From assembly GCA_031372565.1 (NCBI GenBank), contig JANMLN010000053.1, positions 1-32,282 of the forward strand: a stretch of DNA of 32,282 nucleotides, written 5' to 3'. The translations under genes and the position numbers were made by a program. The first letter of the stretch is position 1. Every line of letters begins with the position of its first letter. This document shows, piece by piece, positions 1 through 8,503 of this stretch. The notes below the pieces were generated by a model, which did not search any database, was not told the origin of the DNA, and saw only the letters and a program-made list of their open reading frames with translations. The stretch comes from Gemmatimonadota bacterium. Lineage in GTDB: Bacteria; Gemmatimonadota; Gemmatimonadetes; Gemmatimonadales; Gemmatimonadaceae.

Positions 1-358
1 CCGGCTGGCGGTCGAGCGTGAACGAGAGCTTGAGCTGCGCCAGCAGCTGGAGCAGGCTCGCGTGCCAGCGCCGGCCGAGGGCCCGCGTGGCACCTTCGAC
101 GAGCCGGGTGACCACGTCGGCGGGGGTCGCGGCGGTCCAGAGGTCGAGGAGGATGACCGGGTGCCGGGTGCGGCCGAGGTCGGCCGCCACCTGCGCCAGC
201 AGCGACGACTTGCCGATGCGACGTGGCCCGGCGAGGAGGACGAAGCCCGGCGCGGCGGTGAGCGCCCGTCGGAGGGCGCGGCGTTCCTCGGCCCGGTCGG
301 TGAACGCCGGCCCGGTCACGATGCCGCGGGCCGCAAAGGGGTTGCCGGGAAGGTTCAC
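1..358 (-). CDS. Archaeal-type/AAA P-loop ATPase, N-terminal part (runs off the window edge)
   Basis: Not in the ORF track; translated by hand from GTG at 358: MNLPGNPFAARGIVTGPAFTDRAEERRALRRALTAAPGFVLLAGPRRIGKSSLL. Shows the NPF..G..V.G..F.DR..E pattern and Walker A GPRRIGKS; the frame is open to position 1. Confidence 0.8.
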   Translation of the reverse strand, partial: MNLPGNPFAARGIVTGPAFTDRAEERRALRRALTAAPGFVLLAGPRRIGKSSLLAQVAADLGRTRHPVILLDLWTAATPADVVTRLVEGATRALGRRWHASLLQLLAQLKLSFTLDRQP

Positions 359-373
359 GGTGTGGTCTGTCTG

Positions 374-424
374 TGGAACTTCCAATAATGGAACAAAACA
401 CTATCCCAATCTGGGAACTTCCAA
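374..424. promoter_or_regulatory. Paired 11-bp direct repeats GGAACTTCCAA, each with a palindromic core; candidate operator
   Basis: GGAACTTCCAA at 375-385 and 414-424, with a partial GGAAC at 390-394, in an AT-rich gap directly upstream of the ATPase start. Confidence 0.5.
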
Positions 425-436
425 CATCAGACGCAA

Positions 437-1387
437 CTAGTCCGACCGGCCCGCCTCCCCCCGCCGTACGCACCCCGCCGGCAGCGGCGGCTTGGTCGGC
501 CCCAGGTCCTGCAGCACCTTGCGCAACCGGTCCGGATAGTCGGTGAACATCCCGTCGATCCCGTCGCGGGCGAGCTGCCGCATGTCGGTCTCGAGGTTGA
601 CCGTATACGGATGCACCACCAGACAGCGGGCGTGGGCCAGCTGGATGAACGTGGCCGTCGCGTCCACGCGGTTCGGCCCGACCCCCTGCGCGTAGCGCGC
701 GACCGAGTCGAGCAACGCGCCGACGTCCCGTCCAGCACCCACGCGGTCGAGCAACTGTACCAGCACCAGCTTGCGGTCCATCGTGCCCATGAGCTGCAGC
801 GATCGCGCGCTGAAGCTCTGCAGCAGCACCCGACCGTCGTGCGCCGCCGACCGCAGCCCATGCCGGTCGAGCGTCTCGAGCAGCTGCCGCTCCATGCCCG
901 GCGCATCCTCCGGGTTCTTGGTCTCGATGTAGTAGCGCACCGTGTCCCGGTAGCGGTCCAACAGCTCGTCGAGCGTCACCACACGCTCCCGCGCAAACAT
1001 CGCCTGTGCCTTGCCGGCATTGCGCTCGTTGAACCAGCTCCCGGCATCGCACCGCTTGAGCTCGGCGAGCGTGCGCTCGCTCACCTTGCCCTGACAGCCG
1101 GTGCCACGGAGCGTGCGGTCCATCGTCTCGTCGTGCAGGATCACCAGCACCGAGTCTTTCGTGCGCTGCAGATCCTGCTCGATGAAATCGGCGCGGAGGC
1201 TCAGCGCGAGGTCGTAGGCCGCCACCGTGTGCTCGGGGGCCCACCCCGACGCCCCCCGATGGGCGACGATCGCGACATCGCTGGTATACGGGACGGTCAT
1301 CCCGGCAGGGCGGGGCGCCGCGCAGCTGGCGCTCGTCACGAGCAGGGCACCGAGCAGGGTGCGCGAACCGGCAGTCATCGTGGGCAT
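437..1387 (-). CDS. Glycerophosphodiester phosphodiesterase (GDPD), probable lipoprotein
   Basis: Motifs IVAHRGASG, PEHT, IEQDLQRTKD, VILHD, YIETK, YTVN and GMFTDYP; N-terminal hydrophobic stretch ending SASC. The start may be the ATG at 1378. Confidence 0.92.
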   Translation of the reverse strand: MPTMTAGSRTLLGALLVTSASCAAPRPAGMTVPYTSDVAIVAHRGASGWAPEHTVAAYDLALSLRADFIEQDLQRTKDSVLVILHDETMDRTLRGTGCQGKVSERTLAELKRCDAGSWFNERNAGKAQAMFARERVVTLDELLDRYRDTVRYYIETKNPEDAPGMERQLLETLDRHGLRSAAHDGRVLLQSFSARSLQLMGTMDRKLVLVQLLDRVGAGRDVGALLDSVARYAQGVGPNRVDATATFIQLAHARCLVVHPYTVNLETDMRQLARDGIDGMFTDYPDRLRKVLQDLGPTKPPLPAGCVRRGEAGRSD

Positions 1388-1524
1388 GCCGAACGCTCGC
1401 TCACCGGACAGGCGCGGCGCAATGCCGCGCTCGTCACCGGGGCGTCACCGGGCGCCGATCCCGCACGCCACCACAACGAAGCGCTTGTCTCCGGTGCCCG
1501 GCGCGAGGCAGCTTTCCCCGGCCT

Positions 1525-2088
1525 GTGCGCCTCTTCCTCGCCCTCTCCCTGCCCGACGACGTGCGCGCTGCGCTCGCGGACGCCACCGCGCCGCTGCGCG
1601 CGGCGGCCCCCGCGCTGCGATGGACCCCGCTCGACAAACTGCACATCACCGTGCGCTTCCTCGGCGAACAGCCGGATGACTTCGTGCCGCGTGCCGTGGC
1701 TGCCATGACCGCGTCCGCCGCACACACCGAGCCGTTGACGCTCCAGCTCAAGGGCCTGGGCGCCTTCCCGACCTGGCCGCGTGCGCGGGTCGTTTGGGCG
1801 GGTGTGGGGTATGATCCACGGGTGGAACTGCTCCATCATGACCTCGAGCTCGCCTGCATGTCGCTTGGTCTCGAGGTCGAAGGACGGCCGTTCCGTCCGC
1901 ACGTGACGCTGGCCCGCCTCGAGCCGTCGGGAGGCGAACCGGCGCGCGCCGTCCGGCTCGCCGCCCGCTCCTGTCGCGTTCGCGCGACCTTTCCCTGTAC
2001 GCATGTGGACCTGATGCAGAGTATGCCCAGTCCGGCCGGGCACGCCTACCGCACGCTCGCGGCCATTCCCCTCGGGAGGACCCGCTGA
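1525..2088 (+). CDS. thpR: RNA 2',3'-cyclic phosphodiesterase (2H phosphoesterase, LigT/ThpR)
   Basis: MRLFLAL start, two HxT motifs (LHITVRFLG, FRPHVTLAR) and GAFP..RVVW. Confidence 0.92.
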   Translation: MRLFLALSLPDDVRAALADATAPLRAAAPALRWTPLDKLHITVRFLGEQPDDFVPRAVAAMTASAAHTEPLTLQLKGLGAFPTWPRARVVWAGVGYDPRVELLHHDLELACMSLGLEVEGRPFRPHVTLARLEPSGGEPARAVRLAARSCRVRATFPCTHVDLMQSMPSPAGHAYRTLAAIPLGRTR

Positions 2089-2735
2089 TGTTCGGCTGTG
2101 TCGGCCGTCTCGTCGTCCTCGGCGTCGTGCTCGCGGCAGGCGTCCTCGCCTGGTTCACGCGTGATCGCTGGCTCGGCCCGACCGTGGTGCCCGCACCGGC
2201 CGCCGCCACCAGCGAATGGCGGCCGCTCACCGACACGGCGGGTGCACCGGTGCAGGCGCAGCTCCGCGCGCTCGGCACGCGAAGCGGTAAGGCCTACGTG
2301 AACGTGAAGGCCGCCGATCTGCTCGCGTACGTCATCGGGTCGCTGCGCGGCGTGCTCCCCGCCGGTTCGACGGGGGTGCAGGCGCGCGTGGCGGGTGATC
2401 TCCTGATGGTCCGCGGCGAGGTGAACATCGCCGAGATGGGCGGCGCCAAGGTGTTGGGCCCGCTGGCCGGGATGCTGAACGCCCGCGACACGGTCGAAGT
2501 CGGTGGCACGCTGGAACTGCTCACGCCCGGCATCGCGCAGCTCCGCGTCAAGTCGGTGCGCATCAAGGAACTCGCGATTCCATCCCGGATGATTCCGTCG
2601 CTCATGGGGCAACTGCGCCGCGGGCCGCGCCCGGACGGCCTGAGCGATGACGGCGTCGCCCTCGTGCTGCCAGCCAACATCGGCGACGTGCGCGTCAAGG
2701 ACGGCAAGATCACCGTGTACGGAGCCCAGCCATGA
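2088..2735 (+). CDS. Hypothetical membrane-anchored protein
   Basis: N-terminal hydrophobic helix, typical codon usage, and overlaps with both neighbours (2088 and 2732-2735). Confidence 0.75.
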   Translation: MFGCVGRLVVLGVVLAAGVLAWFTRDRWLGPTVVPAPAAATSEWRPLTDTAGAPVQAQLRALGTRSGKAYVNVKAADLLAYVIGSLRGVLPAGSTGVQARVAGDLLMVRGEVNIAEMGGAKVLGPLAGMLNARDTVEVGGTLELLTPGIAQLRVKSVRIKELAIPSRMIPSLMGQLRRGPRPDGLSDDGVALVLPANIGDVRVKDGKITVYGAQP

Positions 2736-4102
2736 GCGCGCGCCGCATTCTGGTCGTGGACGACGAGCAGGGGATTCGTGCGGCGCTCTCGCAACTGCTC
2801 GAGTTCGAGGGCTACGAGGTGCGCACGGTCGCGGGGGCGGCACCGGCCTTCGAGGCGATCGCGCAGTGGCGGCCCGACCTGGTCTTCCTCGATGTGAAGA
2901 TGGCCGGCATGGACGGGCTGGAGGCGCTGCGGGAGATCCGGACGAAGGATCCCCAGGCGCTTGTCGTGATGATCTCTGGCCACGCGACGATCCAGACCGC
3001 CGTGGAGGCCACGCAGCTGGGGGCGTACGACATTCTGGAGAAGCCGCTCGACACGGACCGGATTCTCGTGCTGCTGCGCAACGCGCTCGCCACGCGGGCG
3101 CTGCGCGAGGAAGTGACCACGCTGCGCGCCAGGATCGAGTCGCGGTGGGCCATCGTGGGCACCTCGTTTGCCGTGCGCGCACTGCTCGAGCAGATCGAGC
3201 GGGTGGGGCCCACGCAGGCGCGGGTGCTCATCACGGGCGAGAACGGCTCCGGGAAGGAGCTGGTGGCACAGGCGCTGCACAAGCGCAGCCCCCGCGCCGC
3301 CGCGCCGTTCGTCGAGGTGAACTGCGCCGCCATTCCGTCCGAGCTGATCGAGAGCGAGCTCTTCGGTCACCTCAAGGGCTCCTTCACGGGCGCGACGCAG
3401 GATCGCGCCGGCAAGTTCGAGCAGGCGAACGGCGGCACGATCTTCCTCGACGAGATCGGCGACATGGCGCAGGCGGCACAGGCCAAGGTGCTGCGAGTCC
3501 TCGAGGACGGCGAGGTGACGCGCATTGGCGGCGCGAAGTCGCGCACGATCGACGTGCGCGTGCTGGCCGCCACCAACAAGGATCTGCAGGCCGAGATCGC
3601 GGCGGGGCGGTTCCGCGAAGACCTGTACTATCGGCTCAACGTGGTGCCCATCCACCTGCCGCCGCTTCGCGAGCGGCGGGAGGACATTCCCCTGCTCGTG
3701 CAGCATTTCATCGAGCGACTGGCCGAACGCGAGGGTGGTGCGCCACGCCCGGTCTCCGCCGATGCGCTCGACGCGCTCGCCCGGCTCGACTGGCCGGGCA
3801 ATGTGCGCGAGTTGCGCAACACGGTGGAGCGGCTCCTCATCCTGACCGCGGGTCCGCAGGTCACGCTCGCCGACGTGGAGCGGCTCACCGGACGCCGCGC
3901 CGCAGACGCGGGCGGCCTGGGCGCACTCGCGGACGCGGGCACGTTCGAGGAGTTCAAGCATGCGGCCGAGCGCGCGTACCTGCTGCTCAAGCTGCGCCAG
4001 TACGACTGGAACGTGAGCGAAACGGCGCGGGCGATCGACATGCCGCGCTCCAACCTGTACAAGAAGATCGAGCGCTATCGCCTCGTGCGCGAAGGCGCCT
4101 GA
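2732..4102 (+). CDS. Sigma54-dependent response regulator (NtrC/NtrX family; REC-AAA+-Fis HTH)
   Basis: ILVVDDE, FLDVKM, Walker [23 protein letters not shown], Walker [30 protein letters not shown] and a C-terminal HTH. Confidence 0.95.
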   Translation: MSARRILVVDDEQGIRAALSQLLEFEGYEVRTVAGAAPAFEAIAQWRPDLVFLDVKMAGMDGLEALREIRTKDPQALVVMISGHATIQTAVEATQLGAYDILEKPLDTDRILVLLRNALATRALREEVTTLRARIESRWAIVGTSFAVRALLEQIERVGPTQARVLITGENGSGKELVAQALHKRSPRAAAPFVEVNCAAIPSELIESELFGHLKGSFTGATQDRAGKFEQANGGTIFLDEIGDMAQAAQAKVLRVLEDGEVTRIGGAKSRTIDVRVLAATNKDLQAEIAAGRFREDLYYRLNVVPIHLPPLRERREDIPLLVQHFIERLAEREGGAPRPVSADALDALARLDWPGNVRELRNTVERLLILTAGPQVTLADVERLTGRRAADAGGLGALADAGTFEEFKHAAERAYLLLKLRQYDWNVSETARAIDMPRSNLYKKIERYRLVREGA

Positions 4103-4152
4103 GCGCCGCGCACTCCCGATTGCCGCGAGACTCGGCTACACTCCGCAGTACA

Positions 4153-4596
4153 ATGGCCGACCGCAACTGGGATCAGGAACTCTCGAAGATCGACAAGCAG
4201 CTCGAGTCGGTCTCCGACGCGGCGCTCTTTCCCGCACCGACGAAGGCGAGCGCCGCGCAGCAGGCCGTCGTTGGCGAGAAGCGAGCGTCGACGCGCACCT
4301 GGGGCGCCTTCCTCCGACTGGCGCTCTCCAGTGCGGTGGGCGTCGGCATGCTCTTCTGGCCCTATCCGGCGCGCTGCGGCATGGGCCTCGCGTTCTATCT
4401 GCTCGCCGTGGCCGGCGTGATCACCGGCGGCGTGTGGAGTGCGGTCTGGACGTGGAAGCACCAGACGCCGCGCGCGCACGCGCTCTCGCTCGTCCTCGTG
4501 GCGTGGGGGCTCATCCTCGGCGCGGCCGAAGTCCTGCCACGTGTCGGCTACGCGATTCCCACCACGGCGCATCCTGCGCAGTGGGCCTGTCCCTGA
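4153..4596 (+). CDS. Hypothetical membrane protein (about 3 TM helices)
   Basis: The coding-like C-terminal part of track ORF 2647-4596, starting MADRNWDQELSKIDKQL at ATG 4153; three hydrophobic segments. Confidence 0.75.
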   Translation: MADRNWDQELSKIDKQLESVSDAALFPAPTKASAAQQAVVGEKRASTRTWGAFLRLALSSAVGVGMLFWPYPARCGMGLAFYLLAVAGVITGGVWSAVWTWKHQTPRAHALSLVLVAWGLILGAAEVLPRVGYAIPTTAHPAQWACP

Positions 4597-4641
4597 CCTC
4601 GCGCAGGCGCCGTCGTCGGCGCGTGCTCCCAGCCTGATCCC

Positions 4642-6138
4642 ATGGAATTCCGCAACTTCATCAACGGCCAGTGGGTGCCCGCCGTGTCGGGTGCCACGTT
4701 CGAGAACCGCAATCCGGCCGACACGCGCGACCTGATTGGCACCTTCCCACGGTCCGGCGCGGCCGACGTCGATGCCGCCGTGGCGAGCGCGACGCGCGGC
4801 TTCGCCGTCTGGAAGGCGACCCCCGCACCGGCGCGCGGTGACGTGCTCCGCCGTGTTGGCGAGATCATGTTGCGCCGCAAGGACGAGATCGCCGACCTCA
4901 TGACGCGCGAGATGGGCAAGCCCGTGGCCGAGACCAAGGGCGACGTGCAGGAGGGCATCGACACCGCGTTCTACGCGGCCACCGAAGGACGGCGGCTCTT
5001 CGGTCACACGGTTCCGAGCGAGCTGCGCGACAAGTGGGCCATGAGCTTCCGCCGGCCGATCGGCGTCGCGGGGCTCATCACGCCGTTCAACTTTCCGCTC
5101 GCGATCCCGACGTGGAAGGCGTTCCCGGCGCTGCTGTGCGGGAACAGTGTCGTGCTCAAGCCGGCCGAGGACGTGCCGCACACGGCCACCGTGCTGGTCG
5201 AGATCCTGCTCGAAGCGGGCTTGCCGAGCGAGGTCATCCAGCTCGTGCACGGCATGGGCGAGGATGTCGGCAAGGCGCTGGTCGAGCATCCGGATGTCCC
5301 GGTCATCTCGTTCACCGGTTCAACGGAAACGGGGCGGCTGGTCGGCGAGACGTGCGGGCGCATGCACAAGCGGCTCTCGCTCGAGATGGGGGGCAAGAAC
5401 GCACAGATCGTGCTCGATGATGCGGATCTCGAGCTCGCGCTCGAGGGGGCGCTGTGGGGCGCCTTCGGCACCACCGGACAGCGCTGCACGGCCACGTCGC
5501 GCCTTATCGTGCAGGCGGGCATTCACGACCGGCTGGTCGCGGAGCTCGAGTCGCGCACCCGGGCGCTGCGCCTGGGCGACGGGCGACGCGCGGGCACCGA
5601 TGTCGGCCCGCTGGTGCACGAGGCCTCGCGCGAGAAGGTCGAGCGCTACGTCGGCATCGCGCGCGAGCAGGGGGGGACGATCGTGACGGGTGGACGTCGC
5701 GCCACGGGCGGCGCGCTCGACCATGGCTTCTTCTTCGAGCCGACGATCGTCGCCGGCGTCGATCGCACGCATCGCGTCGCGCGCGAGGAGATCTTCGGCC
5801 CCGTGCTGTCGGTCATCCGCGTGCGGGACGCCGACGAAGCCTTCGCGATCAACAACGAGGTGGCGTACGGCTTGTCATCGTCGGTGTACACGCGCGACGT
5901 GAACACCGCCTTCCGCGCGCTCACGCTGCTCGACAACGGCATCACCTACATCAATGCGCCGACGATCGGCGCCGAAGCCCACTTGCCGTTTGGCGGCGTG
6001 AAGGCCACCGGCAACGGTCACCGCGAGGGCGGCTGGGAGGTCTACGAGTTCTACTCGGAAACCAAGGTGGGCTACGTCGACTTCTCGGGCAAGTTGCAGC
6101 GCGCACAGATCGACAACTATCCCGCAGCGGCCACGTGA
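4642..6138 (+). CDS. NAD(P)-dependent aldehyde dehydrogenase
   Basis: ITPFNFP, VLKPAE, SFTGS, LEMGGKN (catalytic Glu), GQRCTA (catalytic Cys), EEIFGP and PFGG. Confidence 0.96.
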   Translation: MEFRNFINGQWVPAVSGATFENRNPADTRDLIGTFPRSGAADVDAAVASATRGFAVWKATPAPARGDVLRRVGEIMLRRKDEIADLMTREMGKPVAETKGDVQEGIDTAFYAATEGRRLFGHTVPSELRDKWAMSFRRPIGVAGLITPFNFPLAIPTWKAFPALLCGNSVVLKPAEDVPHTATVLVEILLEAGLPSEVIQLVHGMGEDVGKALVEHPDVPVISFTGSTETGRLVGETCGRMHKRLSLEMGGKNAQIVLDDADLELALEGALWGAFGTTGQRCTATSRLIVQAGIHDRLVAELESRTRALRLGDGRRAGTDVGPLVHEASREKVERYVGIAREQGGTIVTGGRRATGGALDHGFFFEPTIVAGVDRTHRVAREEIFGPVLSVIRVRDADEAFAINNEVAYGLSSSVYTRDVNTAFRALTLLDNGITYINAPTIGAEAHLPFGGVKATGNGHREGGWEVYEFYSETKVGYVDFSGKLQRAQIDNYPAAAT

Positions 6139-6238
6139 TGATCGTGGCGCCCCGCTTGCATTTGCGCCCGCACCCGGATTCAATTGCAGGGAGTCCCCGT
6201 CGTGACGTTCGCACGGGGCGTCGTCCTTCAGTCCGAGC

Positions 6239-7015
6239 ATGAGCGAGAACAGCGCCCCCGATCCGCGCCCGGTCATCACCGAGGAACAGCGCGCTGCGGT
6301 GCTCGAGCGGGTCAACCGCCCGCGCTGGCGCGTGTGGCGCGCCGCGATCGAGTGGGCCAAGAGCTTCCAGATCGCGATCCTGCTGGCGCTCTTCGTGCGC
6401 GCGTTCTTCGTCGACGCCTTCAAGATTCCGTCGGGCAGCATGGAGCACACGCTGCTCGTGGGCGACTTCCTGCTGGTGAACAAGCTCGCCTACGGCGCCG
6501 AAGTCCCGTTCACGGGCAAGCACCTGCCGGCGCTCCGCACGCCGAAGCGGGGCGAGGTCATCGTCTTCCTGTATCCCGACGATGTCTCGAAGAACTACGT
6601 GAAGCGCCTGATCGGACTGGCGAACGACACGATTGCGATGCAGCGCGGCGCCCTGCGCGTCAACGGCGTCACGCTCTCCGAGGCGTACGTCGAGCACACC
6701 ATGCCGTGGGATGATCGCGGGGCGGAGGAGTTCGAGTGGCAGCGTCGATATCTCGCGCTCGATTCATCGGCCGCGCGACGCTATCGACCGACCCGTGACA
6801 ACTGGGGCCCGATCATCGTGCCGGCCGGCCACATGTTCGTGCTGGGGGACAATCGCGACAATTCGTCGGACAGCCGGTACTGGGGTTTCGTCGCCGACTC
6901 CCTGCTGCGCGGCAGTCCCCTCTTCGTATACTACAGTTATCAGCCCGACTCCACGCGCCCGATGTCCTGGCTGACCCGCATTCGCTGGGGCCGCCTCGGC
7001 GAGCGCATCGAGTGA
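6239..7015 (+). CDS. lepB: Signal peptidase I
   Basis: A TM helix followed by IPSGSM (Ser), GDFLLVNK, YVKRLIG (Lys) and GDNRDNSSDSRYWG. Confidence 0.95.
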   Translation: MSENSAPDPRPVITEEQRAAVLERVNRPRWRVWRAAIEWAKSFQIAILLALFVRAFFVDAFKIPSGSMEHTLLVGDFLLVNKLAYGAEVPFTGKHLPALRTPKRGEVIVFLYPDDVSKNYVKRLIGLANDTIAMQRGALRVNGVTLSEAYVEHTMPWDDRGAEEFEWQRRYLALDSSAARRYRPTRDNWGPIIVPAGHMFVLGDNRDNSSDSRYWGFVADSLLRGSPLFVYYSYQPDSTRPMSWLTRIRWGRLGERIE

Positions 7016-7971
7016 GCACTCCGCCAGACAAGGTTCCCACCACGCCCCATGACGGCATGACGAGCCCGACCCCTCAGGAGCACGCCGACCCGGCGGCCCC
7101 GGCGCCCGCCGCACCGCGACGGCGCACTCTTCGACGCTCCGGCTTCGAAGAGGGATCGCTCGATCAGTACCTGCGCGACATCAGCGCGTACCCGCTGATC
7201 TCGCGCGACGAGGAAGTGCGGCTCGCGCAGCGCATCCGCGTCAATGACCAGGAGGCGCTCGACAAGCTCGTGCGCTCCAACCTCCGCTTCGTCGTCTCGG
7301 TTGCCAAGAAGTACCAGAATCAGGGCGTCTCCCTCTCGGACCTGATCAACGAAGGCAACCTCGGCCTCATCCGCGCGGCCCACAAGTTCGACGAGACCAA
7401 GGGGATCAAGTTCATCTCCTACGCGGTCTGGTGGATCCGGCAGGCCATTCTGCAGGCGCTCGCCGAACAGTCGCGCATCGTGCGGGTGCCGCTCAATCGC
7501 GCCGGGACGCTCCATCGCATCGGCAAGCGCGCCAACGCGCTCCTGCAGGAACTCGGCCGTGAGGCCACGCACGCCGAGATCGCCGAAGGGATGGACATCA
7601 CCGTCGAGGAAGTCGCCAAGACGATGTCCATCTCGATGGGACACCTCTCGCTCGACGCGCCGCTCACGCCGGGCGAAGACAACAAGCTGCTCGACTACCT
7701 GCCCGACAACCTCAATCCGACGCCGGACGAGCAGACCTTCGAGAAGGCGCTCACCGAGTCGATCGAGGAGGCCCTCGCGTCGCTCAAGGAGCGCGAGGCC
7801 AAGATTCTCCGCCTCTACTTCGGGCTCGACGCCGCCGAGCCCATGACGCTCGAGGAAATCGGCTCGCGCCTTGGCATCACCCGCGAGCGCGTGCGCCAGA
7901 TCAAGGAGAAGGCGCTCTCCCGCCTGCGCCACGTGAGCCGCGCCCGCGCGCTCGAGTCCTTCCTCGGCTGA
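7012..7971 (+). CDS. RNA polymerase sigma70 factor, RpoD/SigA family (no region 1.1)
   Basis: LDQYLRDI, SNLRFVVSVAKKY, DLINEGNLGL, KFISYAVWWIRQAI and TLEEIG..GITRERVRQI. The start is uncertain (GTG 7012 or a later ATG). Confidence 0.93.
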   Translation: MSTPPDKVPTTPHDGMTSPTPQEHADPAAPAPAAPRRRTLRRSGFEEGSLDQYLRDISAYPLISRDEEVRLAQRIRVNDQEALDKLVRSNLRFVVSVAKKYQNQGVSLSDLINEGNLGLIRAAHKFDETKGIKFISYAVWWIRQAILQALAEQSRIVRVPLNRAGTLHRIGKRANALLQELGREATHAEIAEGMDITVEEVAKTMSISMGHLSLDAPLTPGEDNKLLDYLPDNLNPTPDEQTFEKALTESIEEALASLKEREAKILRLYFGLDAAEPMTLEEIGSRLGITRERVRQIKEKALSRLRHVSRARALESFLG

Positions 7972-8002
7972 CCGGCGCCGCACGCGGCGCGTTCCCCACT
8001 GT

Positions 8003-8503
8003 ATGGCCCAACTCAATTCATTCGACGTCACCACGGGCGTGGACCTGCAGGAGGTCGACAACGCCGTGAACCAGGCGCAGAAGGAAGTCGCGCAGCGCTA
8101 CGACTTCAAGGGCGCCACCGCCACCATCGAGTTCAAGCGGGTGGAAGGGCTGCTCAACCTCCACGCCGATTCCGACTTCCGCATGCAGCAACTGTGGGAT
8201 GTCGTGCAGACCAAGCTCATCAAGCGCCAGGTCCCGGTGAAGAACCTCGATGTCGGCAAGGACATCTCCGCCGGCGGCGACACGGTCAAGCGCGAGATCA
8301 AGCTCAAGATGGCGCTCGATGGCGACACGGCCAAGAAGGTGGCTGCCGCAATCAAGGAAGCCAAGATCAAGAAGGTGCAGGCGGCCATCCAGGGCGATCA
8401 GGTACGCATCTCGGGACCGGATCGCGACGACCTGCAGCAGGCCATGACCTTGCTCCGCGGCCAGGACTTCGGCGTGGAACTGAAGTTCGGGAACTACCGC
8501 TGA
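8003..8503 (+). CDS. yajQ: YajQ family nucleotide/c-di-GMP-binding protein
   Basis: SFDVTT..DLQEVDNAVNQA.KE..QRYDFKG, KVQAAIQGDQVRISG, RDDLQ and C-terminal FGNYR. Confidence 0.95.
   Translation: MAQLNSFDVTTGVDLQEVDNAVNQAQKEVAQRYDFKGATATIEFKRVEGLLNLHADSDFRMQQLWDVVQTKLIKRQVPVKNLDVGKDISAGGDTVKREIKLKMALDGDTAKKVAAAIKEAKIKKVQAAIQGDQVRISGPDRDDLQQAMTLLRGQDFGVELKFGNYR

Noticed and set aside
374..424. Possible mini-CRISPR array
   Set aside because: Only two 11-bp units, far shorter than CRISPR repeats, and no cas genes in the window.
18..440. Plus-strand ORFs 18-440 and 62-388
   Set aside because: Antisense to the minus-strand ATPase, which has a clear Walker A motif.
1432..1501. CGTCACCGGG direct repeat and a 10-bp imperfect inverted repeat in the GDPD/thpR divergent gap
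   Set aside because: Short and GC-rich, so plausible by chance; no recognisable motif.
2732..4102. GSFTGA instead of GAFTGA, and no adjacent sensor kinase
   Set aside because: A common variant in functional enhancer-binding proteins, and orphan regulators are ordinary; nothing links it to the copper cluster.
8194..8499. N-terminal extension of the TonB receptor ORF
   Set aside because: It is an alternative frame inside yajQ; the signal peptide only begins at about 8500.
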